Shown here piece after piece: positions 9,352 to 19,740 of a DNA stretch of 20,000 bases. The notes beneath the pieces are model-generated. The model searched no databases, was not told where the DNA came from, and saw only the letters and a program-made list of their open reading frames with translations. Within the stretch, counting starts at the first letter, position 1; each line of letters starts with the position of its first letter. Source of the DNA: Rhizodiscina lignyota (lineage: Eukaryota). The DNA lies in assembly GCA_010015805.1 (NCBI GenBank), contig ML978127.1, positions 1,975,652-1,995,651 on the forward strand, given 5' to 3'. The position numbers and the translations under genes are program-made.

Positions 9352-10293
9352 CTACGTCTCCCTATCTCCTTCTTCCCCATCCGCCTTGGCCAGATCGTGC
9401 TCCTTGAGCAACGCGTCTATCTCGTCGGCACCCCAGAGGTGGTGGTAGATCTTGCCGGACTTGGTCTTGCCCACCGTCGCGAACTCAACTGTATTCACGT
9501 TAGCATCTTGCACTATTTTCATTTGCATAGTGGCTTGAGAGGAAGACATACTCTTCTCACTGCTCAACTTCGTCGAGTCCATCGTCTTGCTCAACACCTT
9601 GACCGCCAGCCCACACGCCTCCTTCAAATCACACTCCTCCTTATAGTCCTGCTTCAACAGACTCTGCGCACTCGCATTGTTCGCGCCCACGCTCGTCGCC
9701 TTCCACCCGCCGTAGTTGCCTGACGGGTTGCTCTGGTACAGCTGGAACTGCCGCTCTGGGTCATAGCCCGCGTAGATGAAGCTCACACCAAACGGACGCA
9801 GACCACCGTGCTGCGTGTAGCCTTGCTTCAAGTCGCACAGCCGACGAACGAGCTGCTCGCACGGGATGTCTTCGTTGTAGGTGAGCAGGTAGCGCTGGGC
9901 GGCCTGGCGGGCGTAGTTGATGAGGATGTTGGCGTCGGCGGTCATGCCAGCGACGGCACAGATCATATTGCTATTATGTCCCCAGTCAGTCCTATCCTCT
10001 AATTTGTTAGGTACGGAGAAGGGGAGGTGTACTCGTTCAGGATATAGAGTTTCTCAGCGGACGTGTCTTGCTCCAGCAGCTTGCTGGTGACTTTACGCTC
10101 GGCAGCGAGGACGATGCCATCTTGCGCGAGGATGCCAAGGGCTGTGCCAGCATGGGATATGGCTTCTAGAGCATACTCGACTTGATAGAGGCGACCTTCG
10201 GGGGAGAAGATAGTGGTCTATTGGAGCTGTCAGTATGAAGGGAGGATCAAGCTTTGGGTGTTTGCGTACTCTTGAATCGTATCTTCGAGACAT
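9352..10293 (-). CDS. PRE9: 20S proteasome subunit alpha type-3
   Basis: Exons 10293-10270, 10217-10033, 9970-9552, 9488-9352. [37 protein letters not shown]..., [34 protein letters not shown]. Confidence 0.97.
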
Positions 10294-10588
10294 TGTGAGC
10301 GGAAACTACCAGGGACGAGAATGAAGTGCGAGAGAGGTGGATGAGAAGGAACTCTTTGAGGGAGAGAGAGGGAGGGTTGAGGTATGTAGTGTAGTTTGCC
10401 CTTCGAGAAGGCTTGAAGCTCTCCAGGCAAGCTCGGACGCGTGCTCTCACTGGAGCCGCGACCTGAGCACGGAACTTACCGCACTATTTCCCAAAACTTC
10501 TACCGCAACATCTTTATATCGTAGAAGAGCATTGAACTGCTCTTTTCGGTATTCCCACTATATGATACTGCTGTGGTGAATTGGAACA

Positions 10589-12391
10589 ATGTTCAACTCA
10601 ACGTTCACTCTACCCGCTCCTGCGACAGGCCCTCCTCCTTTGTTACCAGGATGGACAGAACATACAGCTCCTACAGGTACGTGGTCGCTCTGTTGATCCG
10701 TTATATCGTGGCTAACCTCACTTTCAGGGCACAAATACTACTATAATGCGGAAACCAAGAAGTCTACATACACGCGACCGACTTTACAGCCTCCAGTACC
10801 CATTCCAGCACCCATTCCAGCGCCCGTTCCAGCACCTGTCGCGCCGACAATCAACTATTCCTCGACTGCGAACCCATACTCGAATGGCGCAAACTTCGCC
10901 CCGCAGCAGTGGAATAACTTTGGTGGCGGCCCTTCACCTTCCACATTCACTGGCGGACGCGGCTACCAGGAGCGAAGACCAAAGCCACAGGATCGACCCA
11001 AGCACAAGTATGTCGTTCCGGGCTGCGAACCGTGGGTGGTGATCAAGACAAGGCTTGGGAGGAGATTTGTGCACAATACAGAGACTGGCGAAAGTCTGTG
11101 GAGGTTTCCGGAACATGTGATGAAGGCTGTTCTGGACTGGGATGTGAAGGAGATACAAAAGAAGGAGCGACGAGAGCGAGGTGAACCTGAGGAGGAGGAA
11201 GAGGAGAGCGCTGTTACACGTGAAGATGCCGAAGATGTCCCAGATGAAGATGAGGAGGAGGGTGGAAGGCCAGTCATTGTGAAGCCAGCGAATGACGGAG
11301 AGGGCGAAAATGAAGAGGGTGGATCAGAGGAAGAATACGAGGAGGTCGAAGTTACCGATGATGAAGAAGAGGACGAGGACGAGGATGGGGATGGGCCATC
11401 AAAGCGTCAAAAGACAGATGATCAGCCTGTGGAGTTCAATGAGGATGACATTGCGTACCAGCTTCAGGCGATGGGTGAAGAATACGGGTTGGACGAAGGA
11501 GAGTATGGCATGGATGAGGAAGAAGATTGGGAAGAGGGTGCAGAGGGCTTGCCGCTTACAGAAGAAGATTCGATGGCTCTCTTTCGCGATCTTTTGGATG
11601 ATCACGCCGTCAATCCGTACAGGACGTGGGATCAAATTATCGAGGACGGCAGAATCATTGATGACGAACGCTACACTGCACTTCCGAATATGAAGTCTCG
11701 AAGAGACGCTTTTAGCGACTGGAGCCGCGAGAAGATTCAGGTTCTTAAGGAGCAGCGCGAGAAGGAAGCGAAGAAAGACCCACGGATACCCTATCTCGAG
11801 TTCTTACAACAGAAAGCCACACCAAAGCTGTACTGGCCCGAATTCAAACGCAAATACAGAAAGGAGCCCGAAATGAAAGATAACAAAGTGTCTGACAAAG
11901 ATCGGGAAAAGTACTATCGCGACCACATCAAGAGGCTCCTCCTCCCGGAATCAACGCGAAAGGCAGACTTATCTGCACTTCTCAGATCTATCCCGCTTTC
12001 GGCCCTCAACAGATCCACGTCGATCAATGCTCTGCCTCCGGCGCTTCTAACGGATCTTCGATACATCTCGCTTTCTCCAGGCGTCCGTGACCCGCTTATC
12101 GAGACGTACATCATAACACTTCCACCTGCACCAGACTCGGAAGCCTCTGGAGAGGATACTGCTGAGGCAGCCGCAAAGATGAAGGACAGGGCGCGCCGTG
12201 AAAAGGCATTGGCAGAGCGTGAAAAGCGCGTCCAGGAGGATAAGAATAGGCAGAGAAGAGAACTTGAATTCGGAAAAGGCAGATTACGCGAGGAGGAGAG
12301 GGAGCTTGAGAGGGCGATGCAGGTTGGCAAGGATGGCTTAAGGAGTCAATTGAGTGGTCTTGACAGAGATGGAGAACAGGAAGTGGAATGA
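10589..12391 (+). CDS. WW- and FF-domain protein, Urn1/Dre4/TCERG1-like (pre-mRNA processing)
   Basis: Exons 10589-10676 and 10728-12391; the true start is upstream of the ORF-track start. WW1 GWTEHTAPTG|HKYYYNAETKKSTYTRP, degenerate WW2 PWVVIKTRLGRRFVHNTETGESLWRFP, acidic linker, FF-like FRDLLDDHAVNPYRTW...DERY...RRDAFSDW. Confidence 0.87.
10793..10840 (+). repeat. Degenerate 12-bp tandem repeat encoding P(I/V)PA linker
   Basis: ccagtacccatt ccagcacccatt ccagcgcccgtt ccagcacctgtc, translating to PVPIPAPIPAPVPAPV. Confidence 0.75.
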
Positions 12392-12444
12392 AGGACAAAT
12401 GAAGCTCTGTAATTGTCATTTGACTAGCATCATGCACACTATCT

Positions 12445-14642
12445 CTATGAAACCTCAAAGCTGTGGCTACCACCCCCGGCGCTGAATGAAAAGGTACTTC
12501 CGGAGACTTTGGGCTTTACAGTTTTCCCATCCATTTTCACCTTCGGAGCTTTCCCTTCCTGCAGTACGGGCAAAACCACCTCACCCTTGGTCCCCTTTGG
12601 CGTACTCAGCGTTGCAGAATATCCCTTTGAGTAGCTGCTCTTCGAATTCAATTTCCAGCTCCCCTGTAGCTTGCCCAACTTTGTCGTGAATCCGCCCTCC
12701 ACCCACGAGAGGTCACCAAACTGTGGCGCAAATTGCCACTCGCTACCCGCCGGCGCTGTGACGCTCAGACCGAGGAGGTAGTTTGTCATCGCGCTCGTCG
12801 GTCCGCTGCTCCAGCCGTGCGAGTGCGAGACATAGCTCGAGTCGTAGTCATAGCCACGGGAGTTTCGGTACCCGAAACTGCCGTTGGTGAGATATCCCTC
12901 GATCACGGTGGACTGCGTGCCATTCTCGTTGTTCAGATACCAGCCCCAGGTTCGGCGGATGAGATCTAGCGCACGGTCCGTCTCACCGATTGACAGATGC
13001 GCTTGGATCTCGAAGGAGGATATAAATGGGGAGATGTTGTTGGGTAGCTCGGGAGTCTGGGCACCGATGGGTGTCCAGTTCTTGAGGAGCTTGCTTGAGA
13101 TTGACGAGGAGCGCGATGTGTATGGCGAAGCAACGTTGAAGAGAATTGCCATGCTGTTAGCATCTTGAGGATGCAGGGCTGTAGCGGTGGCGTTGTCCTT
13201 GAAGGCTCCGTACGACCCGTCCCAGCAGTACTTGTTGATTGCTGTCTTGAGGTTGGATGCTCTGCTGGTATATGTTGAGCTTAGGCTGGAATTTCCCATC
13301 CACGTGGCAAGGTCAGACCCAGTGATCAGTGTACGATAGAGGCTATGAGGTGTTAGTCACGAAATACAATATCTTCAAGCATGACGCACATAATGTTCGC
13401 CTCAGTGTTATTCCAGCCTTGCTGCCATCTAGCCCAGTCGCGAGTTCCGGTGACGTTAAGAAGGCCAGGAGGAAGAACTTTGCCGTAGATATACTCCATG
13501 GCATGTAAGTACTTGGCCCAATTCTCTTGGAGAAAGGCTATATCGTCGGTGAAGAGCACGTAATTATAAGTACCGATCATGGACCACATATGATATGCTG
13601 TGGGATTGTCAGTTTCAATGGGAGGCTACGGACTGGATGCTACTTACTGTCGCTTCCCTGTTGGAGAAGAGGCGGACCAGCTTCCGGGAATGATCCATCG
13701 GCATTCTAGCATAGGCCGTTAGTCTCTGGTTCTCTGAATAAGAGTGAGATTGCCCACCTGATTATTATACATGACTTGCAGGGCATTCTTGACGCTGTCA
13801 AGATCTCCAATGCTGACAAAGGTAGACGGGACGGCAATTCCCATGTCGCCTGGCCAGACAGCTCGGTCTCGTTTCGCACCGTCGACAATAATAGTATCTC
13901 CAGGTCCAAGAGTACCATTGTTTGCCCATCCATCAGTGACCATTGGGACCCAGCGTCCTGTGGTCACAGGAACGGCATTAGTCTGAAGTGTGTAAGCTCC
14001 GCTGTACCAGATCTTGTTCAACTCGTCATCGGAAGAATGGAAGTATCCTTGATAGGCTTGCAAGTTCGACCAAGTTGGCTGGAATCCAATTTCCAGCTTC
14101 ACCGAGGAAACTTTGACGGTGACATCGCTCTCCGTTAACAGGAAGACTGTCAGATATCTAAAGCCTCCTCGAAGGACCTTGTCCGGCATTGTATAAGAGT
14201 GGGTGCCGGGCCCGGAGAAATTGCCATAAATTGCGCCATCCGGTCCCATGAACTTCCCATTTGATGAGTCTGACCATTGGCCTATCCAATTGGCTGCTTC
14301 TGTGAAAGCGAGGCCAATGGAGCCAGCACCGGAGCCAGTTGAAGAGTACTCGATTGTAGCAATACCGCCCACTTCTTTGCCAAAGTCATATGTGATAGTA
14401 GAGCCGTTCCCTTTCAAGCTGACTTGTCCATACTTGGTCGTCTTGTGGATGTTGCTTGGGGAGAAATACGACGCTGGGCTAACGGTGCGGGATGACGGCG
14501 CGTATATATTTGCTGACCATGGTCCTGAGAAAGCCTGCTCTTCTGGTCCAGTGCAAGTGAGGTTTCGCCAGCAGCTCTGAGCAATAACTTGACTTTGAAA
14601 TAGGATGAAACAGAGGAAGAACGAGAGCAATTGGAGAGACAT
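12445..14642 (-). CDS. Secreted alpha-L-rhamnosidase, GH78 (Aspergillus RhaA-type)
   Basis: Exons 14642-13758, 13705-13648, 13597-13390, 13342-12445. Signal peptide MSLQLLSFFLCFILFQSQVIA; YDFGKEVGG, LRGGFRYL, LNKIWYSGAYTLQTN, IVDGAKRDRAVWPGD, STVIEGY, SHSHGWSSGPT motifs. Confidence 0.92.
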
Positions 14643-16197
14643 GATTGAAAACCAGCAGCGAGCGCTGCCTCACCTAGGGAACTGAAACGGTCTTGGTGGC
14701 AACAATTTCTGAACAGCCAAGGTAAAGACGCGTAAATATAGAAGACAACGAAGATCCTGAGAACCCCTCGAACGCGGTACCTGCATTGTGACGACCAGCG
14801 ATTCGGTGCTTGATCTCGGTGTTGACATGTAAAATGTACCGAGATGAGAAGATTTTCCGTGCGGAGAACCATGGACGACTTTAACCAAAGACGCCATGTC
14901 TTGAGCGATCTACGAGTGAGGAGATTCTACCGGAGAAATTGAAAGACTCGAAATGCAAATTCGACGACGTGGCGCACGACGTCGGTGCAGTTGGGATGAG
15001 GAGGAGTAGTTTCCAAGATTGAAGGTGGGCTGAAGTCCCTGAGCAGGCGTGCTAACCCGATCAGGATGCTATCTCCGCGACCTCTGTTCCAGTCCATTGC
15101 TCTTCTTTCTATTGTTTTTAGCAATTTAAAGGGTCTTCTGACAGAATCAATAGGAGCTTACAGGTTGGTGTAAGCTACATATGGAGATTCCACGCGCAGC
15201 CGAAGCCACCCCATCGACTCGAGAGTTTCAACTTCATGGAAACTTCGAACTAACTGTCAAATAAGCAAAATAGCGTAACCATTGTCTTTACGTTCTGCTC
15301 GAATTCGCGGCGCTTTGCTGCGCATTTAGAGTACAATTGCTGCGACATTCATAAAATTTCTTAAGTTACATAGCGCAAATGGCATGAGCAGATCCCGTCT
15401 TACGCCAAACACATCCTCCGCACGCCAGTGAGGCCACGCTCTTCACGCTTTGTGAACTCGATTCTCCGGCCTTTACTACGCGAGTACATTACATGGAATA
15501 CGCGTTTCTCCCTGAATATTACGAAATTATCAAGCCCGCGCAAGAGACTCCAGGAGATTTCGCGTCACGTCGAACATGTCCTCCTCTCGCAATCCCGCCG
15601 CAGTTACTTGACTCAAACTACTCATATATTCGCAGACAATGTTTTCAGAGCTGTCGCGGAAGCCGATGTGAGAGGAATGCCAACATCCTGTGTTCGAGCA
15701 GCTCGTTGCTTCAGCGGGAGGGGATACGGAAGTCGATGCCAAGATGTCCTCCTGCAGGTGAGCAAGTTTGAGTTCGATCTTCTGAGTCGTTTTCCCACCT
15801 CACCTTTCCTCGCAGAGTTCTCCGCCGCGCCCAAATACCACAGTCTGCTCGCTCAATGGCTTGGCGTTCCATTCTTCGCGAGGAGATCGCTCGCTAATTG
15901 ATTCGAACGACCTTGACAGTCCAGGTACCGCATGCGGGGGTTGTCAATGTGATCTTTCCATTGGGCGAGGAGCAAACAGTAGGCATGTCGAGGCTCGCAT
16001 ATGTGCACGACAAGAGATGAACAGAGATGCAGGTGGCCGTTGGCAAGCCTGGTCATCCTGCGGCGTGACAGCATAGTAGCTCGAGAGATCTTAAGAGAGT
16101 ACTGAGGCCCTCTTGTCTCTACTTTTCCTTTCTTTCTTTCACATTTCACTGTGTGACAAGATCAGTTGCATAACGAAGCTCATTTTGACTCTCTAAA

Positions 16198-17009
16198 ATG
16201 TTCGTCTCAATAGTCATTCTCCTCTTCACTCTTTCATGCTCTGTCTCTGCGCATTTTCAATTGATGTACCCTGAATGGCGCGCGGACTCCTTCACAACAC
16301 CTGGGGCTTTGCAATGGATCTGGCCTTGTACGTTCTCCGGTTGTACTCTACTAAATGCCAGAGACACTAATGACAAATTATAGGTGCGAATATTAACACG
16401 ACCTCGGGCACCAACCGCACATTGTGGCCAACGAAGGGGGGCTCATTGATGCTCAATGACAGCCATCCAGACGCACTGACTTTCGTTAACTTGGGCCTCG
16501 GCAACGAAGTCACAAGCTTTAACGTGTCTCTTCTCTCCCATTTCAACCAGACCGGCAATGGGACCCTCTGTCTTCAGAGCCTTGGTGGGGAGGCTTTGGC
16601 TGAGCTTGCGCCGGCGAATGGGATGAATGCCAGCATTCAAGTTGTTACAATCAACCCGGAAGGCAATGCACTTTACAATGTTCGTCTATCTATTCTCTCA
16701 TATGCATGTCTCTTCAGCGACCCACGTGCCTAATTAGGTTGTGTCTTGTAGTGCGCCGATATTACCTTCAGTGATGATGCTTCCCTGCTCTCCACTGGCC
16801 CCGGTGGCTCTTGCCATAACGCGACAGGTGTGTCTGGTATGTACATCGGAAATCTCGCGACAACGAGCACGAATGGCTCTGATGCAAGCACGACTTCGGA
16901 ATCTGCGTCGTCCTCTAGCAGCGCCGGTGCAGGTGGCGCCGTACATGCCCCTGCTGCAGCGGCATTGATGATTGGTGTCGTTGGAATCGGCGCTTTTGTA
17001 GGACTATAG
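16198..17009 (+). CDS. GPI-anchored copper acquisition factor Bim1 / X325 LPMO-like protein
   Basis: Exons 16198-16327, 16384-16679, 16752-17009. Signal peptide ending SVSA, then HFQLMYPEWR (His1), WPC, NRTLWP..GG, SHP, NLGLG, GNGTLCL, NASIQVVT, LYN|CADITF, Ser/Thr linker and hydrophobic tail AAALMIGVVGIGAFVGL*. Confidence 0.87.
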
Positions 17010-17216
17010 ATGGATCACAACTGATAATTGGGTGTACATGCGGTAGATCAACGGAGGGAAGATAACAAAGTAGTCAAGGCAGTGATTTGATATTACACTA
17101 ACTGCAGGCTATCAAAGCCGCTAGCACTATCTTCTCAATAAAATCCTCCTCCAGTGTTCGCTCCATTATCCGACGTCTCCAGCCTTGGCCCGGAGGTGTC
17201 ACAGCCGTTTGATTCT

Positions 17217-18104
17217 TTACTCGACCCAGTTGAGGAAGACTTCGCGCGCCTTGATGGTATCACGAGCGTGGCGCCGATTGCTGGTGTTCGTTGCAGTACC
17301 CGTGCTAGAGCCACCGGCCATGGAAACTGCCATACAGGACCCGAAGCCACCAGCTGCGGCATTGTTCATGAGCCTATTACTTGTTAGCTAGGTCTAAGAA
17401 TTATATTTGGGCAGGTTGACTAGCCTAACAAGGCACATGCTATTAGAGGAGCCGTCTGGAGCAGCGCCAGTGCAACCGCCAGTTGGCATCTGGATCTGAA
17501 CGGTATTATTGGCTGGCAGCTGGCCGATGTTGAATGAAAGACCCTGGTCACCCAGGATTCCAGGAGCACCCTGACCACCAGAGATAACGTTGATCGGTGT
17601 AAAGCCGTTGCCTGTTCCGGTTGTATCAATGTCGGCCTTGTATGTCGGGGCACCATCGGCATTGACTTGATGCATGGTGACGGTCAAAGTTCCACCGGAG
17701 TTGACTTGAGGGAGACCGCCAGCCATGCTCATCATGTTGGAGACGGCCTGCATGATTGAAGCTGTATCCTTCATCGCACCGCCCTATGCGTGGAACCAAG
17801 TCAGCATCAAACCCGAACCGAGCTATCATCCAAGATACTGTGTGAAACTCACCAAGGCGGTCTTTCCGCAGCCAGCAGCAGCAGCATCACCGTGGCCGAA
17901 GACAGTGGTATCTGCTTCTGGGTTGTTTGGGGAGGATGATGGCTGAGTTGGGATCTGCGATTTGCGGTTTACATTGGGCGAGACGCCGAGACCCATACCA
18001 GTTACACCACCAGCATCTCCCGTAACGCCAACGACGGTTGCATGACCGGCAACAAGCTCTGCAGACAGAAGGCCAAGAGCCAGAATGATTGACTTGGAAT
18101 GCAT
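17217..18104 (-). CDS. Secreted Egh16/Gas1/Cas1-like (DUF3129) protein
   Basis: Exons 18104-17853, 17783-17425, 17373-17217. Signal peptide ending LVAG, then HATVVGVTGDAGG..GLGV, EADTTVF, GCGKT, LPQV..GGTLTVTMHQVNADG, IDTTGTG, MP..CTG, MCLVR|LMNNAAAGGFGSCMAV. Confidence 0.87.
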
Positions 18105-18247
18105 CTTGGAAGGGTTGAAAGAGATGGGTAATTAAATTTGATGAGAAAATGAAACCTGCCAGAGGTTGGAGTAGAGGATTAGGAATTGAGAGTCTAATGA
18201 AGGCGCTGTTGGGTGAGTAGGTGGACGGAGTGACAGCCAAGTCTCGA

Positions 18248-18253
18248 TTTATA
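18248..18253 (-). promoter_or_regulatory. TATA box of the Egh16/Gas1-like gene
   Basis: TATAAA on the minus strand about 145 nt upstream of the ATG at 18104, followed by a CT-rich leader. Confidence 0.55.
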
Positions 18254-19740
18254 CTCGACGTACGAAGGCTGTTTCTTCTTTTGCCAACAGCTACTCCCGG
18301 AGAGCCGTAACCCGGAGCACCATATCTGAGCTTCTCAAAGTACACGCCTGATCGAGCATCCGATGCTTCAGAGACTGGCTCTGCGGTTCAGCTCTGATGC
18401 ACGCGAGAGATAGATTAGGCAGCTAGACCAAAGAGTGAGAGAGATGCTTAAGCAGATGGAGATTCCAGCCAGGCCTTGTTATTGGACTGTAGGACGCGAA
18501 GAGAAACAAAGATCGACATGTAAAGCTTCACAGAGTTTGAGAACCGGTGTCAGAGACCGCCACGATCGTGGAGAGCGTGGGCATCTAAGGCGGCGCCGCA
18601 ATGGTGATCTGCTAGCTAGCCTATTGAGGAAGAGAGTTGGAGAGACGATGGTGACAACCGAGGCAAGTCTGAGCCACCGCATTGAGAGAGTGAAGAAACA
18701 AGTGTTGCAGCAGAGTGTTGTTGCAGCGAATTAGGAAATTGTTTCAATTCGGCCCAATGAAAGAGAGACGTGGGTGGTCGCGCCAGAATAAGAACGTAAA
18801 CTCAACGGAAAGACGGGAGCTAAGTATCTTGCTGCAAAATGTCAAGCACAAGAGGAATGACTGTTCGGATGACATTGAGACAGTGAAATGGATGTATTCC
18901 GGCCTGTGGAGGTTTGGTTTTGAAGCGCAATTTAATCTGATCTACGTCCCGATCTGCCTCAATGCAGATGAGATTCGGGATCTCCAGCCGAGTTTATCCA
19001 ACGCGATTGATGTGTAACGTTTGGCAAGGATCGTTTCTCTCGTATCTAAACATCGTCCGGAAACGCCATGGTGGTGTGAGAAAAGCTCTCGAGACGTGCT
19101 CGGCATGAGGCTTCGGTCGTCCGGCAACCCCCTGTTTGAATCATCGTCCCCTCATGTTTGGCATTGCTGACGGCTGCTCGAAGCGCCGCTGTATCGACTT
19201 GGTCGTTGCTCGTTTCATGATATACCGGACCCCAAGCTTCCTTTTCGGTACAAGTTGGCCTCTCATCATGGTGTTGAGTAAAACCGAGAGACCCGAGAGG
19301 TTGAGGCTTCCTCTCTGCTTGGACGAGCTGAAACGGTCGCATTCGGATTCGTAGGACAACCCAAGGCATGCTAACCTGTTTCCAGCTGGTGTACAGAGAT
19401 TCTCAGATGTATCGACGAAGGTGTAGAGCGTATACGCAGAGCTATCTCCGAAGCTCGGAGTTTCGGGCGTTTTCCGGCGTTGTTCGGAGCGATGGCCGTA
19501 AATCGACAATGAAGGCATCAGACACCGTAGGAAGCGAGTCTCGTCTTGGAAGTAAAAAGCCTACGTTACTAGTTACTATTTCCTGTAGTAGCAAGCACTG
19601 GATTCTGCATTTGTATCGCGTAGGTTGTTCCCTCATCGCCGCCGCCACAGGGCGAGGCGCGAACCTCCGAAAATAGCGCTCCGAAAAACTCAACCTCTAC
19701 CACCTCCACCACCTTCACCACCTCTATTCAACCTCAACGC

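Noticed and set aside
9489..9551. PRE9 intron 3 is also in frame and stop-free (63 nt)
   Set aside because: Strong GTATGT donor and GCTAAC branch; a 21-aa insertion in a core proteasome fold is unlikely to function, so chance is the simpler explanation.
14643..15300. RhaR CGG-N11-CCG site in the rhamnosidase promoter
   Set aside because: None found by eye; only short CreA-like SYGGRG hexamers (e.g. 14861, 15073), too common to call.
15428..16149. ORFs of 70-157 aa between the rhamnosidase and Bim1-like genes
   Set aside because: Mostly non-ATG starts, mutually overlapping, no motifs; more likely divergent promoter DNA.
18435..19518. ORFs of 60-125 aa upstream of the Egh16-like gene
   Set aside because: No recognisable homology or consistent splice model; a degraded gene remnant cannot be excluded without a BLASTX search.
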